This document shows, piece after piece, positions 9,801 to 20,025 of a DNA stretch of 64,000 nucleotides. The stretch's first letter is position 1. Each line of letters opens with the position of its first letter. The translations under genes and the position numbers were made by a program. The notes beneath the pieces are model-generated. The model ran no database searches. It had not been told where the DNA came from and saw only the letters and a list, made by a program, of their open reading frames with translations. Source of the stretch: Nitrospirota bacterium (lineage in GTDB: Bacteria > Nitrospirota > UBA9217); contig CAWFSF010000006.1 of the NCBI GenBank assembly GCA_963818475.1, positions 1,440,001 to 1,504,000 of the forward strand, given 5' to 3'.

Positions 9801-10550
9801 CTATTCTGCATAGATGACGCGCACCAGGTACAGTCCATGCGCCGGCGCTGTACGTCCCGCGGTTGTACGGTCGCAGGACAAGAGCATCTGCTTCACATCC
9901 TCAGGCCGGAACCGACCGAGGCCCACTTCCACCAGCGTACCCGTGATATTGCGGACCATGTACTGAAGAAAGGAATCAGCTTCCAGCCGGATCTCGATCA
10001 TATCGGCGCTTTTCCTGATGATGATCGGTTTGAGCGTCCGTACCGGCGAGCTGGCACTGCACCCTGCCGCCCTGAATGCGGAGAAGTCATGCTGTCCGGT
10101 GAGGTATTCCGCCGCGCCCCGCATGGCCCGCATATTCAGCCGGAGGTTCACGTGCCATGCCGCATGACGATACAGGGCAGACGGCGCACGTCTGTTCAGG
10201 ATGCGATAGGAATATATTTTCCCACTCGCGCTGAACCGTGCGTGAAAATCCGGAGCAGCTTCCTCCGACGAGAGCACCCGGATGTCCTCAGGTAAAACAT
10301 GGTTCAGGGCCGGGGCCCATGCAGCAGGAGGAATAGGGCTGCTGATCACAACGCTGCAGACATACCCCAGGGCATGCACTCCGGCATCGGTCCTGCTGGA
10401 GCCGTTGACCTTCACGGGTTCGCCCGTCAGGCTTGAAAAGGCTTTTTCCAGCGTTTCCTGGACCGTTGCCTGTCCGCTGCCGGCCTGCGTCTGCCACCCG
10501 TGATAGTTCGTGCCTTCGTATTCAAGGGTGAGCTTGATATTTCTGGACAC
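9801..10550 (-). CDS. truA: tRNA pseudouridine(38-40) synthase
   Basis: YEGTNYHGWQ, SRTDAGVHA, FHARFSA, HDFSAF, FLQYMVRNI, TAPAHGLYL. Probable GTG start at 10550. Confidence 0.95.
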   Translation of the reverse strand: MSRNIKLTLEYEGTNYHGWQTQAGSGQATVQETLEKAFSSLTGEPVKVNGSSRTDAGVHALGYVCSVVISSPIPPAAWAPALNHVLPEDIRVLSSEEAAPDFHARFSASGKIYSYRILNRRAPSALYRHAAWHVNLRLNMRAMRGAAEYLTGQHDFSAFRAAGCSASSPVRTLKPIIIRKSADMIEIRLEADSFLQYMVRNITGTLVEVGLGRFRPEDVKQMLLSCDRTTAGRTAPAHGLYLVRVIYAE

Positions 10551-10605
10551 CGTTGCCTCAGAACGCCGGTCTGATCTTGTTTTGCCCGTCATCGCAGTGA
10601 TAGGT

Positions 10606-11307
10606 TCATTCTCCAAGATAGGCCTTTTTGATGCCCGGGTCATTCTCGAGCATCGCTGCCGGGCCCTGCATAACGATCTTCCCCGTCTCCATGACGTAGG
10701 CGCGATGCGCCAGCCGGAGAGCGGCTTTAGCATTCTGTTCCACGAGAAGGACCGTGGTGCCCTGCTGATTGATCTCTTTGATGATCTTGAAGATCCTGCT
10801 CACGATAATGGGGGCAAGACCGAGGGACGGCTCGTCGAGCAGCAGCAGTTTCGGCTTTGCCATCAGCGCCCTGCCGATGGCCAGCATCTGCTGTTCTCCG
10901 CCGGACAGGGTGCCGCCAAGCTGATGCCGCCTTCCTGCAAGCGCCGGGAACATCTCAAAGCACCGTTCCATGTCATCGGCCGTCTCCCGCTTGTTCCTGA
11001 CGAAGGCTCCCATCTCAAGGTTCTCGGCCACCGTCATCCGCGAAAAGATGCGTCTGCCTTCCGGGACCTGGGACACGCCCATGCGGACGATCTCGTGGGC
11101 AGGACGCCCGGCGATCGGAACCCCGTTGTAGACAATACTCCCCTGCTGCAGCATCGAAACACCCGAGATCGACATGAGCGTCGTCGATTTGCCGGCCCCG
11201 TTCGCGCCGATGAGCGCCACGATCTCGCCCTGTTCCACGTGAAGGCTGACTCCTTTGAGCGCTTCGATCATGCCATAGGAAACGACGATGCCGGTCAGTT
11301 CAAGCAT
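10606..11307 (-). CDS. livF: Branched-chain amino acid ABC transporter ATP-binding protein
   Basis: GANGAGKST, VPEGRRIF, LSGGEQQMLA, LDEPSLGLAP. Confidence 0.92.
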   Translation of the reverse strand: MLELTGIVVSYGMIEALKGVSLHVEQGEIVALIGANGAGKSTTLMSISGVSMLQQGSIVYNGVPIAGRPAHEIVRMGVSQVPEGRRIFSRMTVAENLEMGAFVRNKRETADDMERCFEMFPALAGRRHQLGGTLSGGEQQMLAIGRALMAKPKLLLLDEPSLGLAPIIVSRIFKIIKEINQQGTTVLLVEQNAKAALRLAHRAYVMETGKIVMQGPAAMLENDPGIKKAYLGE

Positions 11308-11344
11308 GCGCACCTCCCGGATAAAATCCGGAGAGGCAAATTGG

Positions 11345-11430
11345 CGGCCACAGAGAACGCAGAGGGAAGACCGGCAAGGGTCCTTCAACCTCTTGAGACC
11401 TCATACGTTCTCTGTGAACGCTGTGGTTAC
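11345..11430. repeat. Palindromic REP-like element between livG and livF
   Basis: CCACAGAGAACGCAGAG ... CTCTGTGAACGCTGTGG imperfect IR. Confidence 0.5.
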
Positions 11431-11474
11431 TTTTTGGCATTACGCCGGTAGAAATGCCACAGAGGAAGCTCCGG

Positions 11475-12250
11475 TCAGTCATGGCGGCCCTCCTCCTTGC
11501 CGAGATAGGCCTCGATCACGGCAGGATCTTCCTGAATGTCCCGGGGCAGCCCCTCGGCGATCTTTACTCCGTGGTCGAGGACCAGCACGCGATCGGAGAT
11601 GCCCATGACCACCCTCATGTCATGCTCGATCAGGATGATGGCCACACCATTATCGCGGATCCTGCGGATAAGCGCCATGAGGTCCTGCGTTTCCTGCGGG
11701 TTCATGCCTGCTGCCGGCTCATCAAGCAGCAGCAGGTGCGGCTCGGTGCCGAGCGCCCGGGCGATCTCAAGCCGCCGTTGGTCACCGTAGGAAAGATTGG
11801 ATGCACGATCGTCGCTCTTGACCTCCAGGCCGACGAACTTCAGGATATCCATGGCGCGAAAGACCATGTCCCGTTCTTCCTTGCGCACCCGTTCCGGCCG
11901 GATGATGGCGCCGAACACGCCGGTCCTGGTCCGGCAATGGCCCGCGACCATGACGTTCTCCAGGCAGGTCATATCATTGAACAGGCGGATGTTCTGAAAC
12001 GTGCGGGCAACGCCCAGCGCCGTAATATCATGAGGCTGCATACCCGTGATGTCGTGGTCATGGAATAGATATGGTCCCTGCCGTGGGCTGATAGATCCCG
12101 GTGAGGCAGTTGAAGAACGTGGTTTTGCCGGCGCCATTGGGGCCGATAATGCTCACGATCCTCTCCCGGTCTACCCGCACATCGATGCCGTCGAGGGCAC
12201 TTGAGCCCGCCGAAATGTTTTGTCAGATTTTTTGTTTCCAGAAGATGCAT
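11475..12250 (-). CDS. livG: Branched-chain amino acid ABC transporter ATP-binding protein (frameshifted)
   Basis: [16 protein letters not shown] start, [34 protein letters not shown]. Confidence 0.88.
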
Positions 12251-12285
12251 AAGGCTAATGTCCGCTTCCTTTTCCGGATGTCGTT

Positions 12286-13407
12286 TTACTTTTTCACGGT
12301 TCCCAACAGGCCCTGCGGCCTGAAGATCATCATCAGCACCAGCGCCGCACCAAAGGCCAGCATCCGGTAATCCTGAAAATCCCTGAACACCTCGGGGAGC
12401 GCGATCAGCAGGAATGCCCCCAGAATGATCCCCGGAATACTGCCCATGCCGCCCAGCACCACCATGCACAGGATCATGACCGACTCAAAAAAGGTAAAGC
12501 TCTCGGGCGAAACAAAGGCCATCTTAGCGGCAAAAAATACACCCGCCAATCCCGCCCAGGCGGATCCGATGACAAAGGCCAGGAGCTTGAGCTTGAACGT
12601 ATTGATGCCCATGGCCTCTGCAGCGACCTCGTCCTCGCGGATCGCGATCCAGGCACGGCCGATGCGCGAGAACATCAGCCGGTTCACGGCATATATGGTC
12701 ACGGCAACGATAAGAACGATAAGGTAGTAGAAATCGAGCGGGGAAGAGAGGATATGGCCGCCGATCACCGGCCGCCCTATCCGGGAAATTCCGTTCGGCC
12801 CTCCGGTCAATGAGGCCCAGTTGTTCAGAACGATGCGGGTGATCTCTCCCAATCCCAGGGTAACGATGGCAAAATAATCTCCGCGCAGCCTGAGGGTCAC
12901 GGATCCGAGAAGCGTCGCGGCAGCGGCAGCGGTCAGCGCACCGATGAAAAGCCCCGGCCAGAAGGACAGCCCGAACCGCGTCGAGAGGATCGCATACGCA
13001 TAGGCTCCAACGGCATAGAATGCCACATACCCGAGGTTCAGGAGGCCTGTCTGGCCTACGATGATATTAAGGCCGAGGGCAAGAACGATATACATGCCGG
13101 TAAGCGTAAGGATATCCCGGTAATAATCGTTCAACAGAAGTGGCAGGAGGAGAAGAAGTGCGCTGATAACCGCTAATGCTGCGGGGGAGCTTATAGTGGG
13201 AGCAAGTGTTGACAGAGGTCCGCGCAACCGGGCAATGCTTCCGGCTGCTGACGAGCGAACGGCAACGATTGCCGCCGTCCTGTATACACGACGCAACAGC
13301 ACTGCCGCAGTTGCAACAGCAAAGACCGCCAACCCATTTCTGGCGCCGGTGAACGGAAGTACAAGCAGCCCAGCCCCAGCGGGAACCGCGAGGATCCTGC
13401 AGCGCAT
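12286..13407 (-). CDS. livM: Branched-chain amino acid ABC transporter permease
   Basis: LGLNIIVGQTGLLNLG, LRLRGDYFAIVTLG, GRAWIAIREDE, VLGGMGS. Confidence 0.92.
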   Translation of the reverse strand: MRCRILAVPAGAGLLVLPFTGARNGLAVFAVATAAVLLRRVYRTAAIVAVRSSAAGSIARLRGPLSTLAPTISSPAALAVISALLLLLPLLLNDYYRDILTLTGMYIVLALGLNIIVGQTGLLNLGYVAFYAVGAYAYAILSTRFGLSFWPGLFIGALTAAAAATLLGSVTLRLRGDYFAIVTLGLGEITRIVLNNWASLTGGPNGISRIGRPVIGGHILSSPLDFYYLIVLIVAVTIYAVNRLMFSRIGRAWIAIREDEVAAEAMGINTFKLKLLAFVIGSAWAGLAGVFFAAKMAFVSPESFTFFESVMILCMVVLGGMGSIPGIILGAFLLIALPEVFRDFQDYRMLAFGAALVLMMIFRPQGLLGTVKK

Positions 13408-13609
13408 GGTCAATGTTCCCATTACCTTGTTCATAAGATTATGGATTATTGCATAAATACTGCACGATTTCAAGAACCTTCACAGCTGGCGCCGGTCATT
13501 TATTTTTCAGACTCGAAAATGATGCTCCAAAAGGACCTTCCTCGGCTAATCCAAAGAGGGAGCGCCCCCCCGCCGCAAAAATTCTTCTTCTTCCACGGTT
13601 CTTCTCCAT

Positions 13610-13638
13610 TTGACATTCCTGACGCTCATGGTTAAGAT
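13610..13638 (+). promoter_or_regulatory. sigma70 promoter of the transglutaminase operon
   Basis: TTGACA-17 bp-TAAGAT, ending 12 nt before the ATG at 13651. Confidence 0.6.
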
Positions 13639-13650
13639 ATCAAACAGAAT

Positions 13651-15072
13651 ATGACAAAAATAGTAAAATTATCGATTCTGGCTTTCTGGCTGGTGATGCT
13701 TGCGCTTCTCATCGAACGCACCTATCTCCGGCCGTCCACGGTCATCGCCCTCGATGTCATCAGCGAGGAAGGTGTTCGCACCGGCGACGAATGGTTCGGC
13801 ATCTATCAGCAGGACCGCAAGATCGGGTATGCCCATACACGCATACTGCGCGAAGCCGACACCTACCATCTTTTCGAGGAATCCGAGCTCGACATTCTTG
13901 CGCTCGGGTCCGTGCAGCGCGTTAAAACGGTCATCAACAGCTATGCCGCGAAGAATTTTCAGCTCAAATATTTCGACTTTACCCTGACATCCGACCTGAC
14001 CGACCTGACCGTCAAGGGTGCAGTGGTCGGCAAAAAACTTCTGCTCGACATCACCAGCGGCGGTCAGACCAGAAATGAACGCATTCACCTTGTCAAACCT
14101 CCCTATCTCTCGCCGAACGTCAAACCGGCGCTGGTGCTCCTCGGCCTCGAGCAGGGCAAACGATTCTCATTCCCCCTGTTCAATCCCGCCACCATGAATA
14201 CCGAAGAAGCAACGGTCACGGTGGAATCCAGGGAACGCATAAAAGTTGGCGACCGGGATATGGCAGTGTACAAGCTCAAAGAATCCTTTCAGGGGATGGA
14301 GGCCTTCTCCTGGATCACCGAAGAGGGAGAGACCCTCAAGGAGGAAAGCGCGCTTGGTTATGTGCTTTTACGGGAGACCAGGACCGAAGCACTGAAACGG
14401 GACAAGCGGGGGCCTGCCGTAGACATCATCTCGCTGACGATGATCCCGTCGGACCCCATCAAAGACTGGAGCCGCGTACGGCATCTCAAGGCACGCCTCA
14501 AGGGCGCCCCGCTCAAGGGCTTCCAGCTTCAAAGCGACCGGCAGTCACTTGCAGGCGATGTAATCGACATAACGGTGCAGGACCCCGCTGCCTCGTTCAC
14601 GATCCCCTACCCGGAAACGGACCTTCGTGAGCACCTGCTGCCGTCGGCATTGATCCAGAGCGATGACCCGAAGATCAAAAGCACGGCAGCGCGCATCCTC
14701 GCCGGGCAGCGCGATTCCCGGCAGGCCGCCAGGACGTTGAACGAGTGGGTATACAACAACCTTGAGAAAAAACCGGTTGTCAGCATTCCCAGCGCTTTGG
14801 AAATTCTCGAACAGCGCGTTGGCGACTGCAATGAACACACCACGCTGTTCACGGCACTGGCGCGCGCAGCCGGCATCCCCACGCGCATGGCCGGCGGCAT
14901 CGTCTATATGGACGACGGATTCTATTACCACGCCTGGCCGGAGGTCTGGCTCGGACAATGGACCGCAATCGATCCGACATTCAACCAGTTTCCGGCTGAC
15001 GCCACCCACATCAGGTTCGTCACCGGCAACCTCGATCAACAGACGCAGATCATGAGGCTCGTGGGAAATTGA
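13651..15072 (+). CDS. Membrane-anchored transglutaminase-like protein
   Basis: N-terminal TM. Cys-His-Asp triad motifs GDCNEH, YHAWPEV and IDPT. The extreme C-terminus is probably frameshifted. Confidence 0.85.
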   Translation: MTKIVKLSILAFWLVMLALLIERTYLRPSTVIALDVISEEGVRTGDEWFGIYQQDRKIGYAHTRILREADTYHLFEESELDILALGSVQRVKTVINSYAAKNFQLKYFDFTLTSDLTDLTVKGAVVGKKLLLDITSGGQTRNERIHLVKPPYLSPNVKPALVLLGLEQGKRFSFPLFNPATMNTEEATVTVESRERIKVGDRDMAVYKLKESFQGMEAFSWITEEGETLKEESALGYVLLRETRTEALKRDKRGPAVDIISLTMIPSDPIKDWSRVRHLKARLKGAPLKGFQLQSDRQSLAGDVIDITVQDPAASFTIPYPETDLREHLLPSALIQSDDPKIKSTAARILAGQRDSRQAARTLNEWVYNNLEKKPVVSIPSALEILEQRVGDCNEHTTLFTALARAAGIPTRMAGGIVYMDDGFYYHAWPEVWLGQWTAIDPTFNQFPADATHIRFVTGNLDQQTQIMRLVGN

Positions 15073-15180
15073 AAGTGGACGTGCTGGAATACAGTAACGG
15101 ACCTCAGTGAAGCAATGGATTCAAAGTCAAATCGAAGAGCATATTGAATAGTCTTTTCAGTTTAAAACCGAAAGGGCGCT

Positions 15181-15910
<730 letters not shown>

Positions 15911-15911
15911 A

Positions 15912-16085
15912 TGTAACTATTCAGCATTTCTGTCCCCAGAAAGGCGTTACACGGGAGAAAACCCTTTTGTCCGCAGATTTCGCATATAACGCAGATTTAA
16001 TAAAATAATCCAGGCTTGTTAATCTGTGAAATCGGCGCAATCTGCGAATTATATGTTGACCTGTGCAGTCACTAATAAATATTCA
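15912..16085. repeat. Palindromic intergenic element
   Basis: CGCAGATTT..ACGCAGATT / AATCTGTG..AATCTGCG inverted arms. Confidence 0.45.
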
Positions 16086-16133
16086 ATCTTTTAATCCTGA
16101 ATCCTATCTGTCCCATTCGCACTGGAGCGTACC

Positions 16134-17876
16134 ATGAATGCAGCAAAATTCTTCCCTTTTTTAAAATGGTGGCCGTCAGTCAATAAACGAACGACTCGTG
16201 CCGACATCCTGGCAGGCTTGACCGGAGCGGTCATTGTCCTTCCCCAGGGCGTGGCTTTTGCCCTTATTGCCGGACTGCCGCCGGAATACGGGCTTTATGC
16301 CGCGATCGTTCCGACGGTCATTGCCGCGCTGTTCGGATCGTCCCACCACCTCATATCAGGCCCAACAACAGCCATCTCCATCGTCATATTCACCACCATC
16401 AGCCCCCTGACGGACCCGGGCAGTGCAGAATATATTCGCATGGTGCTCACGCTCACGTTTATGGCGGGGATCTTCCAGATGGCCCTGGGTCTCGCACGGC
16501 TGGGCGCTCTGACCAATTTCGTTTCGCATTCCGTGGTGGTCGGGTTCACGTCGGGGGCGGCCCTCCTCATAGCTGCAAGCCAGATCAGCAATTTCATAGG
16601 CGTCCCCGGCTCGAAGCGCCATGCCTTTATCCACGTGATGGAGGACATGAGCGGCCTGCTGCCCCGGACGAATCCCTATGTGGTCGCCGTAGCCCTCATT
16701 ACACTGATCGCCGCGCTCATTTTCAAGCGATATGCCCCGCGCTGGCCGGGCATGCTCATTGCCATGGTGATCGGCAGTGGACTGAATTTATTGATAAACG
16801 GAAAGGAACACGGCGTCCGCCTCATCGGTTCGCTGCCGCAACATCTGCCGCCCCTCTCCCTTCCGGACCTGTCAACATCCTCAATACGCCAGCTGGCGCC
16901 GGCAGCGCTGGCCGTGTCCATGCTCGGCCTCGCAGAAGCGGTGTCCATAGCCCGCGCAGTCGCCACGCGCTCGAACCAGCGCATTGACAGCAACCAGGAG
17001 TTCATCGGCCAGGGCCTATCGAACCTGATCGGCAGTTTTTTTTCGAGCTATGCCGCCTCGGGATCGTTCACCCGCACGGGGGTCAATTACGAAGCAGGAG
17101 CGAAGACACCCATGGCCGCCGTCTATGCAGCGCTTTCCCTGACCGCGGTTCTGCTGCTCATTGCTCCGCTTACAGCCTATCTTCCCTTCGCGGCAATGGC
17201 GGGGATACTGTTGATCGTGGCCTACGGTCTTATCGATTTTCACCACATCAGGACCATCATTAAGACCAGCAGACAGGAGGCGGCCGTTATGGGCATCACG
17301 TTCCTTGCAACCCTGCTGGTGGAACTGGAGTTCGCCATCTATGTGGGGGTGATCCTGTCGCTGCTGCTCTATCTCAACCGTACGTCACATCCGCGTTTCA
17401 TCACCATGGTCCCCGACCCGGACAGCGATCGTCGGAGCTTCATCAACATCGCGAAGAAACCGCTGCCCGAGTGCCCGCAGATGAAGATCATCCGGGTCGA
17501 CGGTTCGCTCTTCTTCGGCGCCGTCACCTATTTTTCGGACCAGCTGCGGGGGATCACGAAGCACTACTCGGAGCAGACCCATATCCTCATCATCGGCAGC
17601 GGCATCAACTTCATCGATGTGGCAGGGTGCGAAACCCTCGTCAATGAGGCGCACAATCTTCATATGAACGGCAGGCAGCTCTTCCTCAGTTCGCTCAAGG
17701 GAAACGTGCGCGACATCCTTCAGCGCGGCGGGTATCTGGAGCGCATCGGCGCGGACCATATTTTCCCCTTCAAAGAAGAAGCGATAAAGTACCTGGTGCC
17801 GCATCTTGACCCCGAGCGGTGCCGCGTCTGTAAGGTGCGTATTTTCCACGAGTGTGCGCAGATGCCGGGAGCATGA
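16134..17876 (+). CDS. SulP (SLC26) family anion transporter with STAS domain
   Basis: DILAGLT..LPQGVAFA..GLY, GSS, GPT, NQEFIGQG, GSFTRT. STAS LFFG/FIDVAG. C-terminal CRVC..IFHEC. Confidence 0.93.
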   Translation: MNAAKFFPFLKWWPSVNKRTTRADILAGLTGAVIVLPQGVAFALIAGLPPEYGLYAAIVPTVIAALFGSSHHLISGPTTAISIVIFTTISPLTDPGSAEYIRMVLTLTFMAGIFQMALGLARLGALTNFVSHSVVVGFTSGAALLIAASQISNFIGVPGSKRHAFIHVMEDMSGLLPRTNPYVVAVALITLIAALIFKRYAPRWPGMLIAMVIGSGLNLLINGKEHGVRLIGSLPQHLPPLSLPDLSTSSIRQLAPAALAVSMLGLAEAVSIARAVATRSNQRIDSNQEFIGQGLSNLIGSFFSSYAASGSFTRTGVNYEAGAKTPMAAVYAALSLTAVLLLIAPLTAYLPFAAMAGILLIVAYGLIDFHHIRTIIKTSRQEAAVMGITFLATLLVELEFAIYVGVILSLLLYLNRTSHPRFITMVPDPDSDRRSFINIAKKPLPECPQMKIIRVDGSLFFGAVTYFSDQLRGITKHYSEQTHILIIGSGINFIDVAGCETLVNEAHNLHMNGRQLFLSSLKGNVRDILQRGGYLERIGADHIFPFKEEAIKYLVPHLDPERCRVCKVRIFHECAQMPGA

Positions 17877-17897
17877 CAGTGAGACAAAAACCTCTTT

Positions 17898-18013
17898 TAC
17901 CACGGAGGCACGGAGACACAGAGAAGGTCAAGAGCTTTGATCACTGGTTTTAAACCAGAGCTGAAAGACTTTGGTCCACTCAGCTACTCTCCGTGCCTCG
18001 TGTCTCCGTGGTA
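17898..18013. repeat. Palindromic REP-like element
   Basis: TACCACGGAGGCACGGAG ... CTCCGTGCCTCGTGTCTCCGTGGTA. Confidence 0.55.
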
Positions 18014-18051
18014 CATTTTTACTTTTTCGTTATGAAAAGGAATACCATACG

Positions 18052-19745
18052 ATGATCCATCTCCTCACACCCCGCTATTATGCAGTCAGAAACCGCATGA
18101 CACGGCTCGCGCCCGGCGACGGGCTGAAGACCCTCATGCTCGCCCTGCTCGGGCTCGGTTTCTGGGCTTTCCTGTTCGCCATCTCCTTCAAGGTCCTTTC
18201 CTATTTCAGGACCATCGAGGGGCTGGGAGACCTGCTCGCGCTCAGGCTCTTGTCGATGATCCTGTTGACGTTCTTCTCGATCCTGGTCTTCAGCAATATC
18301 GTCACGTCCCTCTCGACCTTCTATTTGTCGGGCGAACTCGACATCCTGCTCTCGGCACCGGTGAAGATCGAGGACATCTTCCGGGCAAAATTCATGGAGA
18401 CCATCATTGATTCGTCCTGGATGACGCTGATCTACGGGTTGCCCGTCTTTATCGCCTACGGCACGGTGTTCCAAGCCTCGCTCTGGTACTATCTCGGGCC
18501 TGATCGCCACCATGGTCCCTTTTCTGATCATTCCTGCGGTCATCGGCATCATCATCACCATGCTGCTGGTGAACGCCTTCCCGGCACGTCGGGCCAAGGA
18601 CATCCTGGTGCTCCTGGGCCTTCTGTTCTTTGTGGCCATCTACATCCTCTTTCGCATGCTCAGGCCTGAAAAGCTCGTGGACCCGGATACGTTCCCCACG
18701 CTCGTCCAGTACCTGACTGCCATGCGCGGACCGGTCTCACCCCTGCTGCCCTACCTCTTGGGCGATCGGAGGTGCTTTCTCCGCTGCTTCGCAGATCGGG
18801 CGGCGATGCCGGTTTCTATCTGCTCATGCTCTGGAGCACTGCCGGCGCAGGGGTCGTGATCGGTGAATGGGTCTGCAGCAGGATCTATTACACAGGCTGG
18901 TCCCGTTCGCAGGAGGGAAAAAAGGCGCCGATCTCCCGCTCCCCGCTTGCCGATGCCCTCTTCAATTTCCTCTCCCGGCCCTTCCCGGGAAAAATGCGCA
19001 CCATCGTGCTGAAGGACATAAAGCTCTTCTTCCGCGACACCTCGCAATGGTCGCAGCTGTTCCTGCTGCTGGCGCTCATTATCGTATACCTCTACAGCTT
19101 CAAGCTGCTGCCGCTCGAGCGCGCAGCCATGCCCAGTTTCTATCTGCAGAACCTGATCTCCTTTCTGAACCTCGGCATGGTGGGATTCGTCACCTCGGCC
19201 GTGGCCGTCCGGTTCGTGTTCCCGGCGGTGAGCCTTGAGGGCGCTGCCTTCTGGATCATCCGTTCAGCTCCGCTCTCGATCAGCGATTTTCTCTGGGCCA
19301 AGTTCTGGAGCAGCCTGCTGCCGCTCCTGGTACTGGCCGAGATGCTGATCGTGCTCTCCAACACGCTGCTGAAGGTCACCCCCTTCATGATGGGTCTCGG
19401 CATCGTGACGGTCTGCATGATGACCTTCGGCATTACCGCACTCGGCGTGGGACTGGGCGCCGTCTTCCCCAGATTCAAACACGAGAACGTCGCCCAGATA
19501 CCGACCGGCTTCGGCGGCATCGTGTACATGCTGGTGACCATGCTGTTCATCGGCTCGGTCATCATTCTCGAAGCCTGGCCCGTTTACCGCATTTTTACGG
19601 CACAGACCTTCGGCAGCCTCCATATCCGCCGTCCGGATGGACAGGAATTGCCCTCTCCTTTACATCGGCTCTGCTCGTCAACGTTCTGGCAGTGTACCTG
19701 CCTCTTTCTCTGGGACTGAAGAAGCTGGCCCAGCGGGAAATATAG
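18052..19745 (+). CDS. Putative ABC exporter permease (several frameshifts)
   Basis: Multi-TM ORFs 17971-18669, 18512-18859 and 18772-19719 with ELDILLSAPV, KDIKLFFRD..QWSQ and SLEG..FWIIRSAP. Confidence 0.8.
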
Positions 19746-19764
19746 ATAATTCCCATCCGGGTAC

Positions 19765-19879
19765 TTATCCACATACTTATCAACATCACAATAACCACAA
19801 TATATAGTATATGCTCTATAAAATCAACACCTTAGCTTGTTATTTTTCGCTTTACAAACCCGGTTTCTTATGATATAAA
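19765..19879 (+). promoter_or_regulatory. smc promoter region with DnaA boxes and NrdR-like boxes
   Basis: TTATCCACA at 19765 and TTATCAACA at 19777. CCACAATATATAGTAT at 19795 with a degenerate copy 32 bp downstream. TTTACA-17 bp-TATAAA with TG. Confidence 0.55.
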
Positions 19880-20025
19880 CTTGCTCAAAGATAACAACGT
19901 TAAAAACGGTGATCCGGTACGCTCGCGATGTTCGCCGGGTCATTTCCACCGGGCAGATCGTTCCCTTTCTCTCATTTTTTTCAAAAAATTCATAGTTCAT
20001 AAATTCTTTTCACCAGAGGAGACCT

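Noticed and set aside
19765-19860. Replication origin
   Set aside because: Only two DnaA boxes, no clear DUE, and no dnaA, dnaN or gidA nearby.
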